In this document: positions 17,600 through 28,054 of the stretch, piece after piece
Layout: every line of letters begins with the position of its first letter
Numbering within the stretch: position 1 is the first letter of the stretch
Source: an uncultured virus (IMG/VR IMGVR_UViG_3300028595_000010)
Lineage: Duplodnaviria > Heunggongvirae > Uroviricota > Caudoviricetes
Length of the DNA stretch: 61,474 bases
Direction: 5' to 3' (one strand)
Virus record (IMG/VR): IMGVR_UViG_3300028595_000010
Program-made: the position numbers and the translations under genes
The notes under the pieces: model-generated
What the model saw: the letters and a program-made list of their open reading frames with translations, nothing else
What the model was told of the DNA's origin: nothing
The model's database searches: none

Positions 17600-18050
17600 A
17601 TTCCTCCTAAGTATTCAAGGAACAAGTTAACGATCTGTAGCCATTTAAAATGGATCCCCCTATACATCCAAAAAAATTCCCACAAAAATATTTCCGACTC
17701 CTCGATCTAAAGTAGATCTCTCCCTATACCAAAAAGGAATTTCCTAAAAGTCCATTAGGAATTGTTTTGAAATAGATAAGAAATTTGCTAGAGAAGTAAG
17801 AAAAAGCGATTTCCCTATAGAGATCAAAATGGTATTATAATAGATTCTCTGGTTTAACCTTAACTTAAACGAACTACCAAACTGTATCCAATCAAGATTT
17901 TTCACAAGATACATTAAGTTCCAACTTGGCTCCTACATAGAGAACAATTGATTTAAGGAAAATTTACCAAAAAAAGACTATCATGGTATTCTCCCAGTAT
18001 CCACTTGAATAGCCAAATAGCCCAAATCCGGCAAAATACCGAATTTGGAC

Positions 18051-18395
18051 TTATTTGGCAAATGAAGAGATTCTAATCTTATACTGATTTTTATCCCAAT
18101 TGAAGTATAAGGCATAATACCTATATGGAGTTCTAAGGAAATATTTACCATTTAAAGTATTTAAGGGTAAGTTATGCCATCCTAAATATTCCCCTTGTGT
18201 AATATTAGCTGTAATCACTTTAGGATTCATATGACAATAAATATAATCCTTAAATTTCTCATTCCATGTGAATGAGTAGAACTCCACTAAATCACTATAA
18301 GAATAAAGCAGATATAGATCTAATACCATTTTAGAACTTAAGAAATAACTTAAGTTCCATCCATTTACAGATACGTGTTTTTTGGGAGAATTCAT
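18051..18395 (-). CDS. hypothetical protein
   Basis: Perfect AAGGAGGTGA RBS. Confidence 0.7.
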   Translation of the reverse strand: MNSPKKHVSVNGWNLSYFLSSKMVLDLYLLYSYSDLVEFYSFTWNEKFKDYIYCHMNPKVITANITQGEYLGWHNLPLNTLNGKYFLRTPYRYYALYFNWDKNQYKIRISSFAK

Positions 18396-18449
18396 GTAAT
18401 CACCTCCTTAGATCATTATGGGCAGCGATTTTTTCTTAATTCTTAATTT

Positions 18450-19370
18450 GCTCGAAATGATAATATTTTACATGTTCGATGTATTCCCTATAGAGTTAGA
18501 CAATTTGCACTCGAAATGATAATATTTTACATGTTTGGTCTTTGCATGAGTATAGCAAACAGTAGAATTTAGTTATAGATTATCCTTTTTTGCTATACGT
18601 ATGAATAAGATTAGTATCTTAAATGAATTCAAGTTATGCTTTGTTGGAACTTTGTTGGAACTTTTAGTATCTTAAATGAATTCAAGTTATACTTTGTTGG
18701 AACTTAAGTGATTATTTGGTAAAAATTGGTTTAAGATACTGATCTTAAATGAGTCTTATTGAAAAATCCATTGTGGGCAGTGAGCAATGTCCATAGAATT
18801 TTGCTCTAATTTTCTACTTCTTGAGCCTGTTGAGAGACTTATTGGAACTTAAATTGGATTTGTGTTAAAATCTATCGGACTTTCCCCTAGGGAATCAATG
18901 AACGGGAAACTAAGTGAGATTATTTTTGGCTTCTTAGTTGGATTTATGTTGGAATTGTGTAGAAATTCCGTTAGATCTTTAGAAGAAGCCTAACTTTAGC
19001 CTTCTAAAGTTCCATAAAAGATTTCCAAAATTAAGATACTATTCTTTAACCGTCCAATAAAGTCTCATCTAAATTCCAATGAAACACCTTCTAAGTCTCA
19101 TCTAATCCTTATCTAAATTCCAATGAAACACCTTCTAAGTCTCATCTAAATTCCAATAAAACAATCTTATAAGGACTTACTTTAGCATTCCATAAAAGAT
19201 TTCCAAAATTAAGATACTATTCTTTAAACTGTTTTATTATTTTACATTTAAATTCCGTCTATAATCCAATACTATCCCCTAATTCCTTTCTAATAGATCT
19301 TAGTCTATCATCTTGTAATAGAATCCTTTCCTCCAATATACTATTTATATTTTTAGTATCTTATCCTAAT
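18450..19370. repeat. non-coding direct/inverted repeat region, candidate replication origin
   Basis: 26-bp DR (18451/18510), about 41-bp DR (18611/18664), 40-bp DR (19010/19188), TAAGTCTCATCTAA-type repeats at 19058-19160, central IR 18977-19009. Confidence 0.7.
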
Positions 19371-19535
19371 TCATTTTAGGACGTTTTGAGGTCATCATTA
19401 TACTTTGGTGATTACAAGGGTTACTTTATTACTTTAACTGCTCTACTGTGGTTGTAACATAGCCTAAATTAGATATTTAATCCTACATTTGTTTTTGTAG
19501 CTTAGATATCCTTTTTAATATCTTGTTGAACACAT

Positions 19536-19853
19536 TTATGGGATCTTGTTATCTGTAATTTGAGAACTTGCAATTTGTTTTCTTCGATTTGTATCTATTG
19601 TAATATCACAATACCAAGTTTTCTTAATGATGCTATCTGAATATACTAAACATAAATTCACTATACTGTGAATCTTATCATTAAGAAATAATAAATATGA
19701 AATAGTAACTGTTAAGTGATTAGATTCTAGCCATTGTTGTATATCTTCTATTGTAACGTAATCACTATATGAAGTAGTACGTTTGAACAAAAATGTTTCT
19801 TGTTTGAGTATTTCGTAATAGAAATAGATTTCCTGTGAAGTTGGTAGGTTCAT
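19536..19853 (-). CDS. small paralog-array protein
   Basis: MNLPTSQEIYF...WLESNHLTV. Confidence 0.65.
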   Translation of the reverse strand: MNLPTSQEIYFYYEILKQETFLFKRTTSYSDYVTIEDIQQWLESNHLTVTISYLLFLNDKIHSIVNLCLVYSDSIIKKTWYCDITIDTNRRKQIASSQITDNKIP

Positions 19854-19899
19854 GTGAAGGTTCTTGTGAAGTTGAAAACTTTTAGTATCTTATTTTGGC

Positions 19900-20184
19900 T
19901 CATTTTTTATGTTTCTGTAGTTCTTCAAAGATAACTTTGTCTATCTTATTATTAGTATCTAAAGTAATAGTATGATGAAAGTAAGAGCTAGAAACATTCA
20001 CACATATGTCTATATCAAATATTCCTGGATGTTTGAAATGGGGATTAGAGCAATTTATCAATTTTGATTCTATTGTAAAGTCTTTAAACTCTTCTATATA
20101 AATACAGTATCTAGTGGGATTGACATTGCGTTGTGACTTTAACATTGCTAATATTTTGATTTCTATTGCTTTAGTTAATCTCAT
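19900..20184 (-). CDS. small paralog-array protein
   Basis: MRLTKAIEIKIL...YIEE. Confidence 0.7.
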   Translation of the reverse strand: MRLTKAIEIKILAMLKSQRNVNPTRYCIYIEEFKDFTIESKLINCSNPHFKHPGIFDIDICVNVSSSYFHHTITLDTNNKIDKVIFEELQKHKK

Positions 20185-20480
20185 GTTGAAGTAAAGTAGA
20201 ATGTGTTAGAGTAATATTGATCGTCTTTTGATGTCCATTGTAATTTAATTAAATTTGTTGTCCAGTTTAATTTTGTTATACTAGATGTTGCTGTAATTGA
20301 TTCTTTATATGAAACTTCAAATCTATTTTCTTCTATTAATTCAATTATTTCTGGTAACTGTAAGAGACTCCATTTGCAGGCAGCAGTTTTGTTTATAGCA
20401 ACACTGTAGGATATTCCGTGTTTGCAACTTTTGAGCCTCCAATATAATAAATAGATATCTGCTGCTTTACTTAGCTTCAT
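20181..20480 (-). CDS. small paralog-array protein
   Basis: MKLSKAADIYLL...LIEENRFEV. Confidence 0.7.
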   Translation of the reverse strand: MKLSKAADIYLLYWRLKSCKHGISYSVAINKTAACKWSLLQLPEIIELIEENRFEVSYKESITATSSITKLNWTTNLIKLQWTSKDDQYYSNTFYFTST

Positions 20481-20763
20481 TTCTTTGTTTGAATTCCTTT
20501 AGATAATTAACTCTTGATATTATAATCTTGTGTGCGAGAAATGGTTTTTTGTCTGAGTATAGTAAATAGCTAAATTTGATATATGGATAATCATCAAATG
20601 ATAATTGGATTATATGTAGATTGTCTTCTTCTATTATCTGTATTAAATAATCTATATCTATTCTTTCATGACTAACACCATTAGTGAGAACAGTTAAAGA
20701 TCTTTTTTCTTTAATGAAATAGACATACAAAAAGTAAATATGGAATGCTTTATGTAGCCTCAT
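20467..20763 (-). CDS. small paralog-array protein
   Basis: MRLHKAFHIYFL...IIEEDNLHI. Confidence 0.7.
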   Translation of the reverse strand: MRLHKAFHIYFLYVYFIKEKRSLTVLTNGVSHERIDIDYLIQIIEEDNLHIIQLSFDDYPYIKFSYLLYSDKKPFLAHKIIISRVNYLKEFKQRNEAK

Positions 20764-20811
20764 AATTTAATTGAAAAACCTCCTACTTATTATGATAAGT
20801 ATTCTCATTCA

Positions 20812-21090
20812 TCATTTAAAAAGTGATATTACTGAAATGACATCTGTAGTTAATACCTTAACGTCTGCCTGTACTAAGTGGAATCTAATACATTGATAGA
20901 ATGGATCAGAACTCCGTTCAATTTCTAATTTATCACTTTCAATGTACTGGGTTACTTTATAGATGTCTAATGTCTGACTGAACGATTTACGATAGAACAT
21001 AATGTAGAAGGGTAAATATTGAGAGTCTCTAAACCATTTCCAGAGGATCTTAATTTCTGCTGCTTTACAGACCTTGTGTCTATAACTCAT
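20812..21090 (-). CDS. small paralog-array protein
   Basis: KAAEIKILW...YIESDKLEI. Confidence 0.7.
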   Translation of the reverse strand: MSYRHKVCKAAEIKILWKWFRDSQYLPFYIMFYRKSFSQTLDIYKVTQYIESDKLEIERSSDPFYQCIRFHLVQADVKVLTTDVISVISLFK

Positions 21091-21115
21091 TTAGCCCATC
21101 GTCCTATGAATGTCT

Positions 21116-21364
21116 TCATGTTATACTATAGCTTCTTTTGTAAGGATTTTCATTATTCTTACCCTTGACTACTTTATGGAGATGCCATAAGAACTGTGCA
21201 AATTGATTATTATCATCTATCTTGATCTCCAATCTATCCTTCTCAATGATATCACATATCTCATTGATGGACATAGCTCTATTTTTGAAAGAGAAGACTA
21301 TCCCTTCATCTTCCCTGTATATGGAATTGATTATTTTTAGGTGTTCTGCTTTATGTAGTTTCAT
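21116..21364 (-). CDS. small paralog-array protein
   Basis: MKLHKAEHLKII...IIEKDRLEI. Confidence 0.7.
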   Translation of the reverse strand: MKLHKAEHLKIINSIYREDEGIVFSFKNRAMSINEICDIIEKDRLEIKIDDNNQFAQFLWHLHKVVKGKNNENPYKRSYSIT

Positions 21365-21627
21365 GTTTTTATCCTTGTGTACTTTCTACTTACACATCTA
21401 CGTGTACCATCAGGATAATAGAGGATGAATTGAAAGGCTATAGTTTTCTTTTGTAATGACTCTAGATAAACTAATTGAATGAGATCTAATTCTATTAACT
21501 GACAGGTTGCATGAAATGTACCTGGAATAATATAAGTGCTATGCCATTGTATTGTAAGCTGTGGATTGTATTTGAAGAATAAAGCTATTTCCTTAATGAG
21601 ATTTGTTGTTACTCTCATTCTGCACAC
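21361..21627 (-). CDS. small paralog-array protein
   Basis: LIELDLIQL motif. Confidence 0.65.
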   Translation of the reverse strand: MCRMRVTTNLIKEIALFFKYNPQLTIQWHSTYIIPGTFHATCQLIELDLIQLVYLESLQKKTIAFQFILYYPDGTRRCVSRKYTRIKT

Positions 21628-21941
21628 ACTGTGAGTTCTTTAAAGAACCAAAATCCATCATCCCATGTTCCACAAAAAAGATATTCAATATCGAAATCAA
21701 TGGATGATGGGACGTGTCTATTAACTTCTATATTTGTTATCCTAATGCGATCTAGTTCTATAAATTGTATGATATTGTATTGGTTGATTGCTAATAGATT
21801 ACCATTGATATCTGATGTTTCACTCCATTCTACTTTTCTCTTTTCTACAAAGAACAGATATCTAAGTATACTGAGGTGGGTTGAGTTAATCATTTTAAAG
21901 AAATATATTTTTTGTAGATAATTTCCTATCTGGATCATCAT
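21615..21941 (-). CDS. small paralog-array protein (start probably MINSTHL)
   Basis: FIELDRIRI motif. Confidence 0.65.
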   Translation of the reverse strand: MMIQIGNYLQKIYFFKMINSTHLSILRYLFFVEKRKVEWSETSDINGNLLAINQYNIIQFIELDRIRITNIEVNRHVPSSIDFDIEYLFCGTWDDGFWFFKELTVCAE

Positions 21942-22134
21942 AAATTAATAAGTGAAATTTAGCATAAGAACTTGAGTTGTCTGAATTCCACTCAATTTCC
22001 AATTTGGCATTTTCAATGTATTGGATTGTTTCATAGATATTTGGTGCCCGAAAGGCTCCTTCCCTCATACTATATATGAATAGATGAGGAAATTTTTTTG
22101 AACCATTGATAAAGGATCTTAATATCTTCAGCAT
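21895..22134 (-). CDS. small paralog-array protein
   Basis: YIENAKLEI motif. Confidence 0.65.
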   Translation of the reverse strand: MLKILRSFINGSKKFPHLFIYSMREGAFRAPNIYETIQYIENAKLEIEWNSDNSSSYAKFHLLIYDDPDRKLSTKNIFL

Positions 22135-22166
22135 TACGAACCTTGCGTTTAGATTTCATCTGATAT

Positions 22167-22478
22167 TCATGTTGTTTTTAACTTCCTATATATCCTTTTG
22201 GGTATTTCGAGATAAATCATGGGAGAGGATACATTCATAAATTTTCCTTTCTTGATTACAGGGTAGTTCATAATAGTGATAAATATAGTACATCCGTATT
22301 CGTAATTAGTATTTTCATCTAATTCTACAGATAGATGTACTTTATCTTTTTCAATGTACTCTTCAAATACTTTTTTATGTACGTTACCTATATCATTAAT
22401 CCAGATGTGATTCCTAGGAATTGATTCATGTAGCTTTTGATATAATAGGTATAGTTCTGCTGCTTTGTGTAGTCTCAT
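22167..22478 (-). CDS. small paralog-array protein
   Basis: MRLHKAAELYLL...YIEKDKVHL. Confidence 0.7.
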   Translation of the reverse strand: MRLHKAAELYLLYQKLHESIPRNHIWINDIGNVHKKVFEEYIEKDKVHLSVELDENTNYEYGCTIFITIMNYPVIKKGKFMNVSSPMIYLEIPKRIYRKLKTT

Positions 22479-22726
22479 TTTTTCATTTTCATCTCTTTCT
22501 TTATTCGTTCAAGTAGGGTTTTGGATGGGTTACTAATGTATTTTCTTAAGGGTGTTTTGGATCCTTTGATATATAGATTGTATTTAAGCAATGAAGTTCC
22601 ATTCGACCAGCTGAAGATTGGATATTCAGCAAACTCTATCTCTACACTGTTGTCTTCAATGAGATCTCCCCATCCATCATCTATTCCTGCTTCTTTCAAT
22701 ATAAGTAGTTCTGTTGATGTGATCAT
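22475..22726 (-). CDS. small paralog-array protein
   Basis: MITSTELLIL...LIEDNSVEI. Confidence 0.7.
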   Translation of the reverse strand: MITSTELLILKEAGIDDGWGDLIEDNSVEIEFAEYPIFSWSNGTSLLKYNLYIKGSKTPLRKYISNPSKTLLERIKKEMKMKK

Positions 22727-22756
22727 GTTGTTTTAACTTCCTTCGATAGTCATATC

Positions 22757-23008
22757 TTAAATGGTTAGATCTTCTAGCTTTATTCTGTGGATTGTTTTTC
22801 CTTGGCTTATTAAATGTATCATGAATGTTACATATCCAGTTAGAGGATTTTGGTTGAATTCTATTCTCTCTATTGCTTTGATTCTTATTTTATCCTCTTC
22901 GATGAGACACATAACTTCGTCGAGGAGGAAGGTCATCTCATTGATTAACAAATCGTAATGAGTGTGAAAGTATCTATTTAATAGAAGTAGTTCTGTTGAT
23001 GTGGTCAT
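22757..23008 (-). CDS. small paralog-array protein
   Basis: MTTSTELLLL...LIEEDKIRI. Confidence 0.7.
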   Translation of the reverse strand: MTTSTELLLLNRYFHTHYDLLINEMTFLLDEVMCLIEEDKIRIKAIERIEFNQNPLTGYVTFMIHLISQGKTIHRIKLEDLTI

Positions 23009-23271
23009 AGATTCTCTTTTAATATGTAGGTCCCTCCAGTAGCCAATATATTTTTATCAGTTTTAAAGCAAAGATGATATCCAATGTAAGTTGGCGGCGG
23101 AAGATTTTTTGGAGTTCTGTCCCAGTATACGTATATTCGTCCAATTTCAATATTTAAACACACTTCCTCTAGAGTAAGATTGAAAGATATATCCTCATTT
23201 AAATGAAATAATATTTTGTTGTTTAAACGGTATCCACTAATTGCTTTAATGTCTTTTGCTGTAGGTAACAT
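23005..23271 (-). CDS. small paralog-array protein
   Basis: MLPTAKDIKAI...NIEIGRIYV. Confidence 0.65.
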   Translation of the reverse strand: MLPTAKDIKAISGYRLNNKILFHLNEDISFNLTLEEVCLNIEIGRIYVYWDRTPKNLPPPTYIGYHLCFKTDKNILATGGTYILKENL

Positions 23272-23737
23272 GTAAGTCTATCTCATTGATATATTCCTGT
23301 TCAAACCTCGCTGGCAACCTAAGAGGTATAATTTCAGAGAGCCCAAACATATCCTTGTTGTGTGACATAAATCTTAACTCTACAATTATGGTATCGTTAA
23401 TTTTATCCCTACAAATCCCTCTTATTTTTAGGGATAGGTCATCTTTTTCTATCATATTAATGATGTTTTTGGTGTTCATATTTACAGCCTTTGCTGCAAA
23501 CCAGACAAAAGTATTTTGTTTGGATTCTAGGATAAATTTGGAAACTAATAGCAAGTCTTTAGCTCTATGTAGTCTCGTGTTAAAATTCCTTTTGTATTTA
23601 TCTATTGCTTTCAATGCACGGAATAATTTTATATTAATTGCATATCGACTAAATTTGCATACCAATGTAGGAGGAGCATTGAATCCATAAAATATCCTAT
23701 TATGTATTTTTTGCAAATGTGTTGATGAAAATATCAT
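23246..23737 (-). CDS. paralog-array protein (extended)
   Basis: Internal RLHRAKDLLL...MIEKDDLSL. Confidence 0.65.
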   Translation of the reverse strand: MIFSSTHLQKIHNRIFYGFNAPPTLVCKFSRYAINIKLFRALKAIDKYKRNFNTRLHRAKDLLLVSKFILESKQNTFVWFAAKAVNMNTKNIINMIEKDDLSLKIRGICRDKINDTIIVELRFMSHNKDMFGLSEIIPLRLPARFEQEYINEIDLHVTYSKRH

Positions 23738-24125
23738 TTTCTACCTTCTTGTATAAGTCCTCGTCTAATGATAGACATGTAGTTCTACGGATTGCTCTAA
23801 ATACTTTTGGATTTGTAGATACACAATATCTGAGTATACTAAATGACAATCTAACTTTTCCGTAACAAGAAGAATCTGACCAACTTGTTATATACATATG
23901 TTTCACTTTACAAACAATCCTATTTTGTTCAACAAGAGATAAAAGATAAGCATTCGTAATAGGAAAGCTGTTGAAGCGCCAGGTGTACGTTTTTGGGCGG
24001 GGTCCCACATGGGATAATCTAAGAAGTTGGATTGCTAATGATGTGTGCAGATTCATTTGTCTTTCCTTTCCATAATACAGATATCCTATTGTATCACAAT
24101 ATGCTTCTAGTCTTACAAACTCCAA
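23700..24125 (-). CDS. paralog-array protein (start probably MNLHTS)
   Basis: MNLHTSLAIQLL...LVEQNRIVC. Confidence 0.65.
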   Translation of the reverse strand: MEFVRLEAYCDTIGYLYYGKERQMNLHTSLAIQLLRLSHVGPRPKTYTWRFNSFPITNAYLLSLVEQNRIVCKVKHMYITSWSDSSCYGKVRLSFSILRYCVSTNPKVFRAIRRTTCLSLDEDLYKKVENDIFINTFAKNT

Positions 24126-24246
24126 AAAGTGCTAAGGAGAGACATCGTAGCTAAGATTATCTCCCTTGATAGTAGTTATTCCTATTATTTTCTATGTCTT
24201 CGATAGTGTATGTAGGTTTAAGACATACACTCGCACAAATATATCT

Positions 24247-24459
24247 TCAAGTTTTATCCTCCATCATTGAACGGGATAGATCACGAGCCAGTAATTTGTG
24301 ACAAACCCCATGTGTTCCCCATTGGGGATCTATCTCTAGAGCATTAACTACTTCTCTAATATCTGCATCGGACGCATTAGCCCATTTTAATTCTTTGTAA
24401 ATAATAGATAAGGATTTTATTGAAGGGAAACCTCTTCCTCTTTTCTTACGCTTACTCAT
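24247..24459 (-). CDS. hypothetical protein
   Basis: Coupled ORF. Confidence 0.55.
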   Translation of the reverse strand: MSKRKKRGRGFPSIKSLSIIYKELKWANASDADIREVVNALEIDPQWGTHGVCHKLLARDLSRSMMEDKT

Positions 24460-24814
24460 ATCTTAAATTCTTCTTCGTAGTTCCAGTCTTCTTTAGTCCA
24501 AGTGAAGCCTTTACCTTTATAAGTGAACTGACAATTACATCCGTTCTTTTCACATATGGGGCAATTAGATATTTTAAAAACTTAAGGCTAACATAATGAG
24601 AACCGTCAGTATAAGAGACCCCATGAGGATGAAATTCATAGGATTGGTTTTCTAATATTTCAACGATATCTTCTTCAAAAATAATTTCAGTTTTTCTTTC
24701 ATGAATAGAACCACACTCAAATGCCATTCTATTTTGCATACCCAGTTCAAGATACCATTTTCTGGTGCTGTGCAGGATTCGAGCAATTAATTCTATCACT
24801 AGACGTTTGGTCAT
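24452..24814 (-). CDS. hypothetical protein (possible distant array member)
   Basis: ILENQSYEF motif. Confidence 0.55.
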   Translation of the reverse strand: MTKRLVIELIARILHSTRKWYLELGMQNRMAFECGSIHERKTEIIFEEDIVEILENQSYEFHPHGVSYTDGSHYVSLKFLKYLIAPYVKRTDVIVSSLIKVKASLGLKKTGTTKKNLRYE

Positions 24815-24841
24815 AGGAGAATTCTCTTTCTTATGAATTTC

Positions 24842-25312
24842 TTACCTATTTGGTTGTTGTACTACAATTACTCCTTCTGGAGGATTGATAAATCCTATTC
24901 GGCATAAGAATTCAGATCCTTTGGTCGCTTCTCCGCTATATCCAATACCTCCTTGACGGAATATGTATCCTTTTTCTATAGCCTTTATAGCAGAATCTAT
25001 ATCAATCCACTTAGCGAATTCTGCTAAATTGAATATAAGTTGGTTAGGCGATTTGGAATTAATAGAGAGATCATCTTCTTCCCACATATGATCCATTAGA
25101 TTTATATGTATGGGTTTTCCTATACCTTTTACTGCCTGAACGAACTCTTCAGGAGTCATCTTTGTATATTCTGAGGGATATGTAAAAAACTTATAGTATT
25201 CCTCATATGTAAAATCTTTTGAATCCAGTATGATTTCATCAATATCAGGATGATGTGCTACAATGAAACTGGATGATGAACTATTACTTACAAAACCGTT
25301 TCTAAATTTCAT
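24842..25312 (-). CDS. 'RxGFVSNSSSSSF' family phage protein
   Basis: MKFRNGFVSNSSSSSFIV. Confidence 0.75.
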   Translation of the reverse strand: MKFRNGFVSNSSSSSFIVAHHPDIDEIILDSKDFTYEEYYKFFTYPSEYTKMTPEEFVQAVKGIGKPIHINLMDHMWEEDDLSINSKSPNQLIFNLAEFAKWIDIDSAIKAIEKGYIFRQGGIGYSGEATKGSEFLCRIGFINPPEGVIVVQQPNR

Positions 25313-25712
25313 GTAACTTCCTATAGCTAGAGTGGTTCTTAAAGGTTGTTGTGAATAATCTTCGATTGTATTTATTAGTATGTATATCTAAATATTCCAT
25401 AAATTTTCTATTTAGTTTTGGAGCTGTAAAATTGATGGTTGTTATATATGAATATAAATCTTGCATTCCGATTTTAGGTGGTATATATCCATATGTAATA
25501 ACAAACCAATGATAAATCATCTTATCAGTAATATAGAAATATATGTGTCCCATACCCCTATTGTTAATTCCAATTAAAAGAAAAACAAAAGAAGTATGGG
25601 TTCTGGTTATTGTATCCTCACGGAAGACGTTATAACCAGGATGAAAATTATCCATCAATCCAGTTATAATCGTCTTCTGTGCTTTTACTTGATTGGGGAA
25701 TGCAGCATGCAA
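25302..25712 (-). CDS. hypothetical protein
   Basis: Downstream of the motif at 25785; start uncertain. Confidence 0.55.
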   Translation of the reverse strand: MHAAFPNQVKAQKTIITGLMDNFHPGYNVFREDTITRTHTSFVFLLIGINNRGMGHIYFYITDKMIYHWFVITYGYIPPKIGMQDLYSYITTINFTAPKLNRKFMEYLDIHTNKYNRRLFTTTFKNHSSYRKLHEI

Positions 25713-25863
25713 CCATCTGCAAAAGTATGACCATACAAATTTTAACCTCCTATAAATTTGTGAGTGATATGGCTCTCACAAATTTATATATTTAGTATTT
25801 CATTCTTTAACCCATTTCTATAGCTACTATAAATTAGATATAGAATAATTTTGTTAGGTATTT

Positions 25864-26232
25864 TTACCTCACATTGAAGTATGCTTCACCATTAGAAATA
25901 GACTTCAATTTGAATTTGGGGCTGTAATTATCCTTCAAATAATCAAGGAGAGGTTTAGTATCTTCTTCATCTTTGAATTCTAAACCTTTAGGCTTGACCG
26001 TCATCTTGCACGAGGTAACATAGAATATTCCTCTAAAATTTCCAAGCTTCATATCTAGAGATTGTACTACATAATGATTACTCAAATCCTTCTTCAATTT
26101 AGCAGAGAGGTCGTCTACAGCTTGTTGAGACATGCCCTTGATGATGGACTTACCTTTCTTACGCACCTCTTTCATAGCGTCTTTAAATGCATTTGCTTCA
26201 AAGATGATACAAGAAGGAATTTTATGCATCAT
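25864..26232 (-). CDS. IPxxILFE-leader protein (variant)
   Basis: MMHKIPSCIIFE. Confidence 0.7.
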   Translation of the reverse strand: MMHKIPSCIIFEANAFKDAMKEVRKKGKSIIKGMSQQAVDDLSAKLKKDLSNHYVVQSLDMKLGNFRGIFYVTSCKMTVKPKGLEFKDEEDTKPLLDYLKDNYSPKFKLKSISNGEAYFNVR

Positions 26233-26267
26233 TAAATTATAATATTTGGGCATCAATTAACCTATTT

Positions 26268-27731
26268 TTACCAATTGGTTCCTTTGCTCCATGTATAAGT
26301 AATGCTACCAAGAATAACAGTATTCTCATTTACACCAGATGCTAAATCAGGATAGTAAGTAGCAGGATATGGAGAATATTTAATAATACTATTAAGATTA
26401 GTGACATTGGTCCCATACCATCCAGTACCATGACTGGAGTTATACCATCCATTACCAGTTCCAATTATAAGTCGATTTCCAACAAAAGCTGGATCGTCAT
26501 ATACAGCTGCCATTACCAACTGTCTGTTTATTGAATTACAATTCCATGTTTTTCCGTCTTTCGCTGAATTATAATAAGTAGGGCAGACTTCTTGTTTTTT
26601 CCCAGAATCAGATGGAAGATTCCACGTTTTTCCGCACCACACAATAGTACCAGTAGTTCCAGATATAGAAAGTACCATAGATGGTTCGGAACCACCATCA
26701 CATGATAAAGATGGAGTAAAACTACTACTCTAGGAACTACTAGAGCTGCTTATACCACTACTAGAAGATGTAGACGAGGAGCTAGAAGAACTACTTATAC
26801 CACTGCTTGAGGAACTAGAAGAACTGCTACTTGAGGAGCTAGAAGAACTACTTATACCACTGCTTGAGGAACTACTTATACCACTGCTTGAGGAACTAGA
26901 AGAACTGCTAATTCCACTGCTGCTACTAGAGGAAGAACTAGAAGATGTAGACGAGGAACTGCTAATTCCACTGCTGCTACTAGAGGAAGAACTAGAAGAT
27001 GTAGACGAGGAACTACTTGAGGAACTACTTATACCACTGCTGCTACTTGAGGAACTAGAAGAACTGCTACTAGAAGAACTACTTATACCACTGCTGCTAC
27101 TTGAGGAACTAGAAGAACTGCTACTAGAAGAACTGCTTATACCACTGCTGCTACTTGAGGAACTAGAAGATGTAGATGAGGAGCTAGAAGAACTAGAAGA
27201 TGTAGACGAGGAACTACTTGAGGAACTGCTTATACCACTGCTGCTACTTGAGGAACTAGAAGATGTAGATGAGGAGCTAGAAGAACTGCTTATACCACTG
27301 CTGCTACTTGAGGAACTAGAAGATGTAGATGAGGAACTAGAAGAACTGCTACTAGAAGAACTGCTTATACCACTGCTGCTACTTGAGGAACTAGAAGAAC
27401 TGCTACTAGAAGAACTGCTTATACCACTGCTGCTACTTGAGGAGCTAGAAGAACTAGAAGAACTGCTTATACCACTGCTGCTACTTGAGGAACTAGAAGA
27501 TGTAGATGAGGAGCTAGAAGAACTGCTACTAGAAGATATAGAACTTGAACTTGAAGAAGACGGACACTCTTCATAGACCCAATTATGATTGTAGCACTCT
27601 ACACAATCTGAATAAACTCCATCCACAGTCGTATGGGTAGAATCTTCTTCTGTTATTTGTTTGAATCGATAACATGTATCATCGACTCTAATTACAGATC
27701 CCATATCGTTTGGGAAAATGATATTTGCCAT
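26268..27731 (-). CDS. poly-serine linker protein interrupted by one in-frame TAG at 26730-26732
   Basis: N-term Cys domain, about 275 aa of (S)nGI/(S)nT repeats; after the TAG the frame continues SSSFTPSLSCDGGSEPS into MVLSISG... (26268..26678); GAACAAA motif upstream. Confidence 0.7.
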
Positions 27732-27850
27732 GATAAAATTTAATCCAGTAACAGTTTACCCATTAATTGTCTAGTATTTTTTATTTGTTCTTATTCTTAT
27801 TTTATGGGCAAAAAAGAGAGAAGGGATATAAATCCTTCTCTCTTTTTAAG

Positions 27851-28054
27851 CTAGGTCAGATCTTGAACATCCCAAAGGAGCCTCTGATATGCTGCTATGA
27901 TGTTCATCTCCTCAGGATGAAACTTCATGGAAGCAGGCGTTGATTTTTTTTGTTGGCATTCCTTGTCATATGCACAACCCTTACAGTTTGTGCACGATCC
28001 TGGTAGTTCGGTTTCCAAACTAGCCTCCACTACAATCATCATATCTGATGTCAT
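27851..28054 (-). CDS. small Cys-rich protein
   Basis: CTNCKGC...C. Confidence 0.55.
   Translation of the reverse strand: MTSDMMIVVEASLETELPGSCTNCKGCAYDKECQQKKSTPASMKFHPEEMNIIAAYQRLLWDVQDLT

Noticed and set aside
18451..19227. CRISPR or mini-array in the repeat-rich gap
   Set aside because: Repeats occur only 2-3 times each, with irregular spacing and unrelated sequences.
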